Of a stretch of 64,000 bases of DNA, positions 31,864 through 42,099 are shown piece after piece. The position numbers were made by a program, and so were the translations under genes. The notes under the pieces are model-generated. The model ran no database searches, had not been told where the DNA came from, and worked only from the letters and a program-made list of their open reading frames with translations. Each line of letters starts with the position of its first letter. The first letter of the stretch is position 1. Where the stretch lies: the NCBI GenBank assembly GCA_019057795.1, contig JAHLWS010000046.1:1-64000 (forward strand), in the 5' to 3' direction. This stretch comes from Promethearchaeota archaeon. GTDB lineage: Archaea; Asgardarchaeota; Lokiarchaeia; Sigyniarchaeales; SOKP01.

Positions 31864-32259
31864 ACGACTATAATTAATTGCACCTTACCGTTCGGAGCTA
31901 TAAGAGACATAGACGATTATTCGAAAATCATAAACGAGATTTTAAAATACGATATTACATTTAACATTCTAAAGTTTTCTACGGGAACGAGTGGTGTGAA
32001 TTTCTTGTTAGATGTTCCTGAAAATAAAATGAAAATCATTACTGATGCTTTACAAAGAAACGATGTAGTTGTAAATAAAAAGGGAAGGGTCATCGTTGAC
32101 GATGATAAATGTATTGATTGTGGTGCTTGCATATCTCTTTGCCCAACCGACGCTCTGCATTTTAACATGGATGAACGCTTAGAATTATCGTTTGAAAAAT
32201 GTATAGGGTGTTTACTTTGTATAGATTCATGTCCAAGGCAAGCTATTGAAAAAATGTGA
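31864..32259 (+). CDS. NIL-like + 2x[4Fe-4S] ferredoxin partner of the homocysteine synthase
   Basis: CIDCGACISLCP and CIGCLLCIDSCP; the frame stays open upstream of the called GTG (…YSKIINEILKYDITFNILKFS…) back to a TGA at 31855; start probably ACG 31864 or ATA 31870. Confidence 0.8.
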   Translation, partial: TTIINCTLPFGAIRDIDDYSKIINEILKYDITFNILKFSTGTSGVNFLLDVPENKMKIITDALQRNDVVVNKKGRVIVDDDKCIDCGACISLCPTDALHFNMDERLELSFEKCIGCLLCIDSCPRQAIEKM

Positions 32260-32296
32260 ATTTTATTTTTAATAAATAAGAATAGTTTGAATGAAA

Positions 32297-33307
32297 TTAT
32301 TGCTGTGTTATAATTTCAAATATCTCCTCAAGACGAGGAGTTTTTCTTCGCAAGGTAATACAGCGTTCTTCTTCGCACCCTCGCAAAATAGCGACAAGTT
32401 CATTTAAATGAATTGTTGGGATTTCGAGCTTTTCGCCAAACCATTTTTTGATATTATCTCTATATTCTGGTTTACTCAAAGTATATAGACAAGTAGGACA
32501 TGGCATTAATATAAAGCTGGCTCCAACGTTTTCTGCGCTTTTTAACTTGCTATAAGTGATTTTAAGAGCTTCGCGAGGATTTATTAACAATTGACTGGCC
32601 CCCCATCCACAACAATTCTCTCTTTCTTGGTAATCGACGGGAACCCCCCCAAAAAGCTCAATAAGCGCCTCTAATTTATTTTTACTCCCTAAGTAATTTT
32701 CCACATTTTTCTTATCTCTCGATAAATTTAAGTAATGACAACCGTAATGGACGGCCACTTTTAAGCCTCTTAAGTCGAATTTTAGAGCGTTGAGAAGTTC
32801 GTCTCGAATTAAGTATAAAAAATCTAAATCGTGAACTAATTTAAGTTTTGGATTTTCTAAAATGTCGTACATTCCAGGGTATTTTTCCTCATCAGCTTTT
32901 TTCTTGACTGAATTCAAGATTTTCTGGGTTTTATCTCTCACTTCTGTATTTTTTAAAAAATCTCGCCCTCTGAGAAGGGAATTGTAGCATCCGTTGCAAC
33001 TAAATAATACGATATCTGCCTGCCGATTCATTTCGCTAAGGTTCCTCTCGTTAATTGCGGAAAATTGGGCTCTTGTTATTAGATTCCTCTGAAAAAACGT
33101 TCCACTGCAACAAGATTGATCGTTACATATAGACACGTCTAACTCTAGTTCTTCTAAGAGATCTTGAAACCCCCATCTTACGCCTGGAAAATACTTTTCT
33201 AAACAAGCTTTAAATAGGCATAACTTCTTACCTTTAAAAAATTCTAAAGGATTAGGATATTCCTTTTTAATTTCTTGTAAATCTAAAGCTAAATTATTAA
33301 AATTCAT
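32297..33307 (-). CDS. hdrB: Heterodisulfide reductase subunit B-like (CCG domains)
   Basis: QSCCSG, SCNGC, AVHYGCH, NCCGWG, PCPTC. Confidence 0.88.
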   Translation of the reverse strand: MNFNNLALDLQEIKKEYPNPLEFFKGKKLCLFKACLEKYFPGVRWGFQDLLEELELDVSICNDQSCCSGTFFQRNLITRAQFSAINERNLSEMNRQADIVLFSCNGCYNSLLRGRDFLKNTEVRDKTQKILNSVKKKADEEKYPGMYDILENPKLKLVHDLDFLYLIRDELLNALKFDLRGLKVAVHYGCHYLNLSRDKKNVENYLGSKNKLEALIELFGGVPVDYQERENCCGWGASQLLINPREALKITYSKLKSAENVGASFILMPCPTCLYTLSKPEYRDNIKKWFGEKLEIPTIHLNELVAILRGCEEERCITLRRKTPRLEEIFEIITQQ

Positions 33308-33333
33308 TTTATCCTATTCAATTAATCTTTGTT

Positions 33334-33867
33334 TTAATTTCTATTTCGTTTTTTCTTATTTTTTTTGCTTTGGTCGCTTTTACTTGCTTTAAACACATAT
33401 TTTATTCGTGCAAAGTTACAAATCTCGTAAATTTCATCAACTCGCTCCTGTGATAATTTACCTCCTAATGGATCTTCTACTACAGTACCTTGGGTTAAAA
33501 ATCTCTCCGACATCTCTACGTATTTTCTCAAATCGTTATATTTTGGACCATAACCTTTTTTAAAAGATTCGTTCCTAAGGTTGATTATAAGTAAGGGGAT
33601 ATTTATATTTTCTTTAGGACAAACTCGTTTACATCTTTCACATAAATAGCAATACCAAATATCAGAATCTTTCAAAACGCTTTTATCGCCGCGAAGAACT
33701 TTCTTAATAATTTTTCTACTGTTAAAGTTAGATACTTTTGCAGCAGGGCAATCCCCTACGCACTTTCCACACGAAATACATTGAATAATATTTTTATTTT
33801 CGTCCACATCATCAACAAGTTCTTCGTAAAATTCCCAATTCCAATCTAAATCTGTGTAATCGTCCAT
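33334..33867 (-). CDS. hdrC: Heterodisulfide reductase subunit C-like
   Basis: CISCGKCVGDCP and IWYCYLCERCKRVCP; directly upstream of hdrB. Confidence 0.88.
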   Translation of the reverse strand: MDDYTDLDWNWEFYEELVDDVDENKNIIQCISCGKCVGDCPAAKVSNFNSRKIIKKVLRGDKSVLKDSDIWYCYLCERCKRVCPKENINIPLLIINLRNESFKKGYGPKYNDLRKYVEMSERFLTQGTVVEDPLGGKLSQERVDEIYEICNFARIKYVFKASKSDQSKKNKKKRNRN

Positions 33868-33985
33868 CTTATTAATTATCTCAAAATTTATCCGGAATAT
33901 TTCACTACCTAAAAGAGAATCATCATTGATAGTAAAAAAATTATTGTAATTAGAAATATAAGGAAATAATTAAAAAAAAAATGAT

Positions 33986-34741
33986 TTATTTTTTAGTGAA
34001 TATGGCGTGCATCCATTTTGGGAGGATAAACCCACCATAAAATTCGAGCGCACTGATTATTAATAATATTCGAGTTATAACTACCATAATTGCTAACAAG
34101 GGGTCAGTAGGAACTGCAAAAATCGTACCAAGTAATGAATCTAAAAGAGCAGCAATCGTAAAAGTGATAAAAGCCGCGCGAAGTAGTTTTCCTTTTAATC
34201 TCACTTCCCGATCTTCCGACTTCACTGATTTTTGAGCAAATATAATTCCAGTTACAAACATAATTAGAATTACAAGCATTAAAAATATGCTGATGAATAT
34301 TCCGAATTCCACGGTAAAAGGCCTTGACTCATTGATAATTCCAATTTGATCAATATCCGTAATTAATAGATAAAAGAAGATGATTTCAAAAACTATGCCA
34401 AAAAAAACCGTTAAAATTACAGTTAATTTTTGCTTTTTTTTATTAATCATATCTGTGTAGGCGATTAGCCAAACTAAAAGGGCGACCGGCATAGTAACAT
34501 TACCGATAATAAAATACCACTCAATTGCGAGAGATTCTTGAAAAAGTATGTTCATAATAAAACTAATTGAATCAGGAAACCACGGTGAAGCAACTCCAAT
34601 CCAGGCAATACCTACAAGAATGTATAGTCTCGATTTATATTGAAAATATTTAGATAGTATTGAAAAACCAATTATTAACGAGATGATCACAAAAATCAAA
34701 CTAAAACTTCCTTGTAAGTAATCTACAAGTTCTAATGCCAA
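33986..34741 (-). CDS. Multi-pass membrane protein (about 7 TM), function unknown
   Basis: Hydrophobicity pattern; TTG start after GGAGA. Confidence 0.7.
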   Translation of the reverse strand: MALELVDYLQGSFSLIFVIISLIIGFSILSKYFQYKSRLYILVGIAWIGVASPWFPDSISFIMNILFQESLAIEWYFIIGNVTMPVALLVWLIAYTDMINKKKQKLTVILTVFFGIVFEIIFFYLLITDIDQIGIINESRPFTVEFGIFISIFLMLVILIMFVTGIIFAQKSVKSEDREVRLKGKLLRAAFITFTIAALLDSLLGTIFAVPTDPLLAIMVVITRILLIISALEFYGGFILPKWMHAIFTKK

Positions 34742-34871
34742 AATTATCTCCTAAATTTGTTTTTTATAAAAAGTTAATGGTGATCAAAATTTGATTTTAA
34801 TATTTATAAAGGTTTTTCGAACTTATCTTTGTTATATGTTTAAGGATAACATAAAATTATTCTTAATGTAA

Positions 34872-35942
34872 TTAAATTACATTATAATCTAAAATTGACG
34901 GTTGGCTGTTAAGCTGGTTAATTAACAACTTTAAATGAAATAAGTATTGATCTAAAGAAATTTCTTGCTTCTGATACCTTTCTAACAACAACTCAATAAT
35001 GTAATACGGAGTAAATTTAATAAATCGAATATCGGAAAAAAGATAAACTACGCCTTTTGCTTCGAATATGAACTTTTTTTCCAATAATTCTTCAAATAGT
35101 TCTTCGTTATTACTTAAAATATTGATACTTTCATTTACAGTTAGTTCCTTCTTTCTTAGAGATTTAATTAAGTTAAATACGTCCCTATCAATTAGAAAAT
35201 TAATAATTTCCTTATTTTCAATTTCTTGACTACAATTATAATTAGAAAATAATTTAACAAATTCTTTTTTGAATTTTTTCAATAATTTTTCCTCTGTTCC
35301 CTCATCTGGTAATTTTTTAGGAGGTAATCGCATATAAGATAGATCTTTAATTAAAAAATAACATTCTTTACTTCCTGAAATGGTTTTTTTCAAAATTAAA
35401 TTTTCTCGGATGAAAGATATCAACAATAAATCAATATTGACGGTCGAAAAACCGTAATCTTGCCGGAGAGTTTCGGCTAATTCTGCTTTAGAAATTACAC
35501 CATTTCGCAGAATTTGTAATATGGTATATTTTATCTTTTCTTGAAAAAAGTTAATTAAGTCTTCTCCTTCAATTTTACTGTAATTCTTTATAGTATTAAA
35601 TGCTTCAGAGATAGTTCTCGTAATTTTATTCGTGTTTATAAGTTCTAATAAGTTTTTAGTAATAATTGCTAATATATCTGAAGAAATAATCTCGCTAACT
35701 TTACTTTTGGACATGAAAAATAAACACAAAAAATAAATTTCTCCTTCATACTCTTGTATAACAGAAATAATATTACGATCTTTTTCTTCAAGTTCAATTA
35801 GCGCGTCCTCCTTATTTAAATCGTGTTGAGCCCAAATTTTTAGAAAAATGTCCTTCGAAGGATACGCTCCTTCAGGAGGGTATTGTATTATTGGAATTGG
35901 ACCCGTGCTTTTATTCCAATGAACAATAATTAATCGTTCCAT
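34872..35942 (-). CDS. Hypothetical protein with longin/uDENN-like N-terminus and winged-helix-like middle
   Basis: N-terminal IIVHWNKSTGPIPIIQYP resembles the start of uDENN/longin domains and the N-terminus of 57430-58737. Confidence 0.5.
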   Translation of the reverse strand: MERLIIVHWNKSTGPIPIIQYPPEGAYPSKDIFLKIWAQHDLNKEDALIELEEKDRNIISVIQEYEGEIYFLCLFFMSKSKVSEIISSDILAIITKNLLELINTNKITRTISEAFNTIKNYSKIEGEDLINFFQEKIKYTILQILRNGVISKAELAETLRQDYGFSTVNIDLLLISFIRENLILKKTISGSKECYFLIKDLSYMRLPPKKLPDEGTEEKLLKKFKKEFVKLFSNYNCSQEIENKEIINFLIDRDVFNLIKSLRKKELTVNESINILSNNEELFEELLEKKFIFEAKGVVYLFSDIRFIKFTPYYIIELLLERYQKQEISLDQYLFHLKLLINQLNSQPSILDYNVI

Positions 35943-36085
35943 TTTAGTGAGTTGTTAAATTATAATAATATATCAAATCGATTTATAATGCAGAAAATTG
36001 TTAATTTATATAATAAAATAGGCAAATTCAATATAAATTCTATTGTCAAAAATAGTATGAAAATTTGAAAAAAAAATAATCTAAC

Positions 36086-36337
36086 TTAAAAAAGACCAAT
36101 ATATTTTTTCTCAATAGCTTCTACGGTTTCTAACAATAACTCGTTTAGTCTTTTAATATTAAAAGGATTTACGCTCTCAATAAAGTTTTTTATAATCTGA
36201 TGAGCAAGTTCTTTGTCTTTTTGATTATATTTATGTTGTCTAAACTTAAATAAATAGTAAAATTCTTCTGTTAACCAATTTAATTTTTGGATTAGGCTAT
36301 CTTCTAAAATATCATTATAATCCCCATATAAAAACAT
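36086..36337 (-). CDS. Small hypothetical protein
   Basis: 83-aa helical ORF with GGGG SD-like motif upstream. Confidence 0.5.
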   Translation of the reverse strand: MFLYGDYNDILEDSLIQKLNWLTEEFYYLFKFRQHKYNQKDKELAHQIIKNFIESVNPFNIKRLNELLLETVEAIEKKYIGLF

Positions 36338-36517
36338 TTAGAACCCCTTCTTTTCGATTAAATTCATAATTAATGTAATTATAATTATAGTAGGGTGTCT
36401 CCTTAAATAATTTTGCAATATAAATCTTAAGTGATCAACAATTCACCCAATTTAAGCTTTAAAATGTTTAAATAGCAGCCAATTTTTTATTATATACCTA
36501 TAATTAAATGATCCTAT

Positions 36518-36703
36518 TTAGATATCGATCTTTCTAAAGTGGTATCTTGTTATCGTTTTAGAAAGCTCCCAAATAGATTGGATATTATTAGAATTGATCG
36601 CTTGATTAAGTTCTTTGTATAGTTTTGATAGGGATGGTTGATTATCTGCAAAATTCTCGCTTTTCTTAATTCCTAGTTTTTCATCGTTATTCATACCAAA
36701 CAT
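36518..36703 (-). CDS. Small hypothetical protein
   Basis: 61-aa ORF, co-oriented with neighbours. Confidence 0.4.
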   Translation of the reverse strand: MFGMNNDEKLGIKKSENFADNQPSLSKLYKELNQAINSNNIQSIWELSKTITRYHFRKIDI

Positions 36704-36788
36704 TCAAATTTCACAAATTAAAAACAGAAATAGTATCACAATAACATACTTAGTTTCTTTAATCTCGAAAGAAAAAAAAATAAGAAAA

Positions 36789-38078
36789 CTATTGTTCTAA
36801 ATAAAGAAATCTTTCCAGATAGTAAACCCAGACCTGCGAAAAAGTATTACCTACGATAAGATCGCTAGCATGTGCTGCAAAGGGGAAAGTTAAGAGCATA
36901 CAGTCTACTCCGTTGGCATTTAATGCGCTTTTTATCGTTTCAGCGTTTATTAATGGGACCAAATCATCTCTTAAACCTTGGAAAATTAAAGCGGGCGGAT
37001 CGGTCGCATCGGCTAAATTACTAGGAGTAAATTTTTCGAACGCTAAAGGGTTTGATAGTGGATCGCCAGGGATTAATCTTGATAGAGGTTCGTGCGTAAA
37101 ATAAGGATCAGCGAAATTTGGAGGATAAATGGGGATGATTCCCTTAATATTTAAAGCATTGCTAAAGTTTCCGGCAAAATAAGGGTCGTTGTATCCTAAC
37201 CCTATGACACCTGTCAAATGAGCGCCAGCAGAGCCGCCCATGATAAAAACGGAGTCTAAATTCGCGTTATAAGTGCTTGCATAAGTTGTTTCTAACTGTT
37301 TGGTAAAGTATCCTATTTGGTAAACCATATCGTGTAGAGTTAAATTCCCTCTAACATAATCTGGAGTAGGGATAAAAGTAGAACCTCCAGCGTCTAACAG
37401 CCCATATTGAATATCAAACACTACATATCCTTGAGCTGCAAGATACTTATTGAGTACTAATACGTTTCCTAAGCTTTTATCTCCAAATTGCCAACCTCCT
37501 CCGTGAATCTTAATAATTACGCTGTTATTTCCGGGTAATTGTTTCGTTGTAGATTTGGGATAATATACATCGAAATAGAGCTGGAACCCATCGTTGTCGT
37601 AGTATTTTATATCAGTCTCTATGTTGCAATCTCTATGTGAAAATCCCAAAAAGTAATTATAAAGGTTAAATTGAGTAGGTAAAAAATAAGAATCTACAGT
37701 TGATGGTATCTGTGCGCTCCAATCTTCACCGTAAGCAACATTGAATTCATTTTCCGCAGTTTGAATTGAAATAGGCGTAGCTATTAATGGCAAGGCGTTA
37801 AGAAAGGTTAAAACTAATCCAAAAACTAATACACATTTTTTCACTAGACTTCTTCGTTTAATTGTAGGGATTAATTTTACCAAAAGTATCGTTGTAATAA
37901 GATATAAAAACATTAGAAAACCAGAAATCTGAGCTATAAAATATGACAAAGAACTCGATATCCCATCGTTAATAGGAATAAGTAATACGATTGTAAAGTA
38001 AATTCCAATGATAAAGGTTAAAAAACTCAGAATTACAAGTAAAAGTTTTAGAAATTTCAATAAGGTCGGTTTATTCAA
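36789..38078 (-). CDS. Membrane-anchored alpha/beta hydrolase (HSL-type esterase)
   Basis: Three N-terminal TMs, IHGGGW, GGSAGAHL, D-L-V-P, AHAS; likely TTG start at 38078 after GAGGTG. Confidence 0.88.
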   Translation of the reverse strand: MNKPTLLKFLKLLLVILSFLTFIIGIYFTIVLLIPINDGISSSLSYFIAQISGFLMFLYLITTILLVKLIPTIKRRSLVKKCVLVFGLVLTFLNALPLIATPISIQTAENEFNVAYGEDWSAQIPSTVDSYFLPTQFNLYNYFLGFSHRDCNIETDIKYYDNDGFQLYFDVYYPKSTTKQLPGNNSVIIKIHGGGWQFGDKSLGNVLVLNKYLAAQGYVVFDIQYGLLDAGGSTFIPTPDYVRGNLTLHDMVYQIGYFTKQLETTYASTYNANLDSVFIMGGSAGAHLTGVIGLGYNDPYFAGNFSNALNIKGIIPIYPPNFADPYFTHEPLSRLIPGDPLSNPLAFEKFTPSNLADATDPPALIFQGLRDDLVPLINAETIKSALNANGVDCMLLTFPFAAHASDLIVGNTFSQVWVYYLERFLYLEQ

Positions 38079-38577
38079 ATTTCCATACACCTCTATTATC
38101 AATGTTTAAAAATGTAGTGAGAGTAAGCTGTAAACTAATCATTTCGATTCCAAAAAATCCAATGATAATCATGAGAAAGGCTATAACGAAAAGATATCCA
38201 TCTAAAATGAATGCCGTAAGAATTACGCCCCATACAATCAATAACACTCCGATTATGAATAAAACTATGTTGTAATACGTTAATCTATTAATCTTTTTTC
38301 CTATTAAGGTAGATTTATTAAGATAGGAATCGTCTATAAGAAGAATTAGGATATTGAGGATCCAGGACGCGATTAATATAACTCCAAATATATCAAATAT
38401 GAATGAATTAACTGGAAAAGAGAAATACATGATACCAAAAGCACAACTTAGAATATGCAAAAAGATACCGAATTGACTAAGGCTTTTCGCTAATATTTTA
38501 GGAATATTTCTTTTTTCTAACATCTTTTTCAAGATTTTTTTTTTAATTTCTATTAAAACTACTTTTGCTTTAATCAC
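38071..38577 (-). CDS. 4-TM membrane protein
   Basis: Hydrophobic ORF whose stop overlaps the start of the hydrolase. Confidence 0.65.
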   Translation of the reverse strand: MIKAKVVLIEIKKKILKKMLEKRNIPKILAKSLSQFGIFLHILSCAFGIMYFSFPVNSFIFDIFGVILIASWILNILILLIDDSYLNKSTLIGKKINRLTYYNIVLFIIGVLLIVWGVILTAFILDGYLFVIAFLMIIIGFFGIEMISLQLTLTTFLNIDNRGVWKFE

Positions 38578-38652
38578 TAATAAAACTTTATAATGATAAG
38601 AAAAAAGAATTTATCCATTAAATGCTAATTAAATTTATACTGAGTTAGTAGC

Positions 38653-39501
38653 TTAATCGCTTTTCTGCGATTTCTTCTTTATATAATGCTTGCTTGTAAT
38701 ATAATATGCTACAAACATGACGACTAAAACTACTAACACAATCAATAATACATTATTAAAATTCGCAGATAATGCTTCCATATCCTCGAATGGTAAAGCA
38801 TCAAGAGTCAAAGGAAATGTTATACCCGCAGTAATAGATGCACCAAGCCAAGAATAAAAGAAAGCCCTAGGTATTGAACCAATAAATGTTCCTAAAGAAT
38901 ATTTCTTAACATCTAAATCAACAAGACCCGCTGTGTAAGAAATTGGATCAAAGGCTATAAATGGCAATAATCTTGCGATGATTATCGCAGACATTCCATA
39001 TTTATGGATAAAATCATCGGCTAAAGATATTGCACTTTCTCCTACAAACTTCTCAGCTAGTGGACGGCCACCCTTTCTACTTATGTAATAACACAATAGA
39101 GCCGCGGCCATTGAACCAATAACGCCCATAATTCCACCTCCAACTAGTCCCCAAATCATTCCAGCGGCAAGAAGAACTATTTCGGAGGGGATTGGAACTA
39201 AAAGTCCTTGTATCCCCATTATTAATATAAACAATAGAATCCCAAAAATACCTAGAATGTAAATCGGATTAATGAACCAATCTACTACTAAAGTTAGTAA
39301 AAATGTTTCGCCACCGCCTAAATAAATAAACCAGAGCATCCATAATGAAATAACTACTAATGCCGCAAATAAGATAATGTACAAAATGGTTTTAAAACTA
39401 TACTGTGAAAAATTAAATAGATTTTTGATATATTTCTTTAATTTTAAAGAAAAGGAATCGTTATTTTTATTACGAATTTCTTTATTTTCCATGTTTATCA
39501 A
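38653..39501 (-). CDS. TVP38/TMEM64 (DedA/VTT domain) membrane protein
   Basis: PIPSEIVLLAAGMIWG, ARLLPFIAFDPISYTAG, GTFIGSIPR. Confidence 0.9.
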   Translation of the reverse strand: MINMENKEIRNKNNDSFSLKLKKYIKNLFNFSQYSFKTILYIILFAALVVISLWMLWFIYLGGGETFLLTLVVDWFINPIYILGIFGILLFILIMGIQGLLVPIPSEIVLLAAGMIWGLVGGGIMGVIGSMAAALLCYYISRKGGRPLAEKFVGESAISLADDFIHKYGMSAIIIARLLPFIAFDPISYTAGLVDLDVKKYSLGTFIGSIPRAFFYSWLGASITAGITFPLTLDALPFEDMEALSANFNNVLLIVLVVLVVMFVAYYITSKHYIKKKSQKSD

Positions 39502-39592
39502 ATCATTTAATAACTTTTGAGTAATATATGTAATTAAAATTTCTATAAAAATTTGTTTTTTGTTAATAATTCAAAGCAGATTCATAATAATT

Positions 39593-40327
39593 ATGAAAGA
39601 ACCACATATATTTGCTCACAGAGGAGGAATGGGCAATTGTATAGAAAATACAATTCCTTGCTTTAAAAATGCGGTAAAAATAGGAGTGAGTATAGAAACT
39701 GACCTCCAACTTACAAAAGACAATAAGTTAATCTGTTATCACGATCACCATATAAAAAGAGATTCTGAATGGTATGATATAAAAAAACTAACTTTGGTTG
39801 AGTTAAAAAATATCAAATTTAAGGATAATCGAGAAATTCCAACGACCATCGAAGTGTTTAACGCTTTGGAAAACTATGCTAACGATTTAAGGTATAGTTG
39901 CGATATTCGAGATATAAAAACGGGATTAAAAATAATAGACATAGCTACAGATTTCGATATTCTTGATAAAATTGAAATTACGGAAAGAAACCATAATGTC
40001 TTGCTTAAGTTAAGAGAATATAATAAAAAAATAAAGCTAGTCCATACATTAACTGATAGTGTTTCTAGTATAAATGACAATATTGTTGATGTCGAAATAT
40101 TAAAAGATTTAAAAATTGAAGCTATTAACATTCAAAGTTGGAGAGCTAATATCAAGAATTTAAAACAAGTAATTGATTTTGGCTTTAAATGTTATGTGTG
40201 GGGGGTTAACAGCAAATCTCGCATGAAAAAAGTTTTAAAATTAACTTATAATGGTGAGGGAGTAAGTGGCATTTACACAGATTACCCTGATATCCTCGTT
40301 AAATTGTGTAAAGAAATTTCTACTTAA
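39593..40327 (+). CDS. Glycerophosphodiester phosphodiesterase
   Basis: AHRGG...ENTI, ETDLQLTKD...HD, WGVN, GIYTDYP; likely start MKEPH at 39593. Confidence 0.9.
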   Translation: MKEPHIFAHRGGMGNCIENTIPCFKNAVKIGVSIETDLQLTKDNKLICYHDHHIKRDSEWYDIKKLTLVELKNIKFKDNREIPTTIEVFNALENYANDLRYSCDIRDIKTGLKIIDIATDFDILDKIEITERNHNVLLKLREYNKKIKLVHTLTDSVSSINDNIVDVEILKDLKIEAINIQSWRANIKNLKQVIDFGFKCYVWGVNSKSRMKKVLKLTYNGEGVSGIYTDYPDILVKLCKEIST

Positions 40328-40380
40328 ATAATCTAGCTAAGAAAAAGAGAGATTATAAAACAAAAAAGATATAAAATCTT

Positions 40381-41043
40381 TTAGGGGCGATTATTTTCCA
40401 TATAATTTCTGATGTAGCGTTCTACTTCGCTAGCTGGTTTTATTACACCAAAATGACCTTCGCATAAAATATCGGCCTTTAAATCTAAAAGTTTTTGCAT
40501 TGATTTTTGATAATCTTCTAAATCGGAACCAAAACTTTCGTAAAAAGGTCCGTGGATATCTTGTCCAAATAGAATTCTAGTGTTATCAATGTCGATTAAG
40601 ATAGATATTGAACCAGGAGTATGTCCAGGAGTATGAACGCAAAGAAATTCGTAGTATCCTAATTGTAAAACTTCCAAATCTCCCATGAATCTTTTTTCTA
40701 ATTTAACTGGCTTGTAATCAATTCCGTACCAAGACGCGGCTGTTTTCTCATCATGCCCACTCTCCTCGATTGGATCGGCGTCTAAATCGTGAGCATAGAA
40801 CTTAACTTGCTTGTTAAAACTTTTTAAATCGAAACAAGCGCCTGTATGGTCAATATGAAAGTGAGTTAATATGCAATGTTTTATATTCTTAGGATTTAAA
40901 TTTAATTTGCTGATTTTTTTAATCATTTCAAGACTCATTCCACAATCAATCAAAACAAGCCCGTCTTCGCTATGAGTGTCCACTAAAAATACAGAGCAAC
41001 CCGAATCACCAACATGATAAACATCTTTAAAAATTTTCTTCAT
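40381..41043 (-). CDS. Metallo-beta-lactamase-fold hydrolase
   Basis: THFHIDHTG, HTPGHTPGS, GQD, CEGH. Confidence 0.92.
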   Translation of the reverse strand: MKKIFKDVYHVGDSGCSVFLVDTHSEDGLVLIDCGMSLEMIKKISKLNLNPKNIKHCILTHFHIDHTGACFDLKSFNKQVKFYAHDLDADPIEESGHDEKTAASWYGIDYKPVKLEKRFMGDLEVLQLGYYEFLCVHTPGHTPGSISILIDIDNTRILFGQDIHGPFYESFGSDLEDYQKSMQKLLDLKADILCEGHFGVIKPASEVERYIRNYMENNRP

Positions 41044-41102
41044 AAATCTTTTTCCTCATCAGAAACTTTATTTGAGTCCCAAAAGTAAATAAAAATATTG
41101 AG

Positions 41103-41894
41103 TTATTTCCTCTTTAGATATGATCTTTTATATAAAAGTATTGTTACGATTGCTGCCATTCCCGTCGAGAAGAGAACATCAGAAGCATAGTGAGCACCAA
41201 CAACAATTCGGGATAATCCCACGAATAACCCCCATCCAATAACTAAAACTGTAACTACAATTCTATAAGGATCCTTGATTTTACGGTCTTTAACAACTAT
41301 TAAAAATGGTAGAAGCATCCACCCCATTGCCGCATGCCCTGAGGGAAACGACAAATCATCCAAACTTAATCCAGGTGGCAAAAACCATGGTGTAAAATTG
41401 GTAAATCCAGGATCAAGATTCCTGAAGCGAACTCTTCCACATAAAATCTTAGTAATTTGGACAAATAACAAAGGGTTAATAACAGCTAAAAGTGAAATTA
41501 TACCCGCTAAGGTTCTGTAATTTTTCCAATCTTTATTCCAAGTTATAATTGTATAAATTATCATTGGAATAATTAAACTAAAACCTGTGTAAAAATCACT
41601 ATCGACTATAATAAAAAGCATTCCAATAACAATAATTATCAAGGCAGGTATTTTTTGTAATTTCAAATTTTTAATGTTACCACCAAAAAAAGTTGCTAAT
41701 GCTATTCCAATTAACGCCCAACCCGGTAATTCCCCGTAATCTGCACCAAAATTCCCCCAAGCAGAGGTTCCATCAACGACTGCGATTGAAATATCTAAAT
41801 CAAAAATACCAAATATTATCGCAAGAATTATCCAAGATGCAAGTACAATTAACGTTAACTTACTAACCATGGACCAATTTGTTTTTTCAGACAT
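41103..41894 (-). CDS. PAP2-family membrane phosphatase
   Basis: KILCGRVRF, SFPSGH, SRIVVGAHYASDV. Confidence 0.9.
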   Translation of the reverse strand: MSEKTNWSMVSKLTLIVLASWIILAIIFGIFDLDISIAVVDGTSAWGNFGADYGELPGWALIGIALATFFGGNIKNLKLQKIPALIIIVIGMLFIIVDSDFYTGFSLIIPMIIYTIITWNKDWKNYRTLAGIISLLAVINPLLFVQITKILCGRVRFRNLDPGFTNFTPWFLPPGLSLDDLSFPSGHAAMGWMLLPFLIVVKDRKIKDPYRIVVTVLVIGWGLFVGLSRIVVGAHYASDVLFSTGMAAIVTILLYKRSYLKRK

Positions 41895-42099
41895 AATTTT
41901 ACAGAATTCTTTATTTAAAATGAAAATAATTATTATGAATTTGATTGTTAGAAATTATTTACAACCTTGTCAAAAATGTAAAATCGTTAACCTAATCCTA
42001 ATTATAATTATATTATTAATCTCACTTCTTTTAAAAGGATTAATATTTTAATAGAAATAATATTTCAATACCAAAAATTTTGCATATAGGAGATATTTT

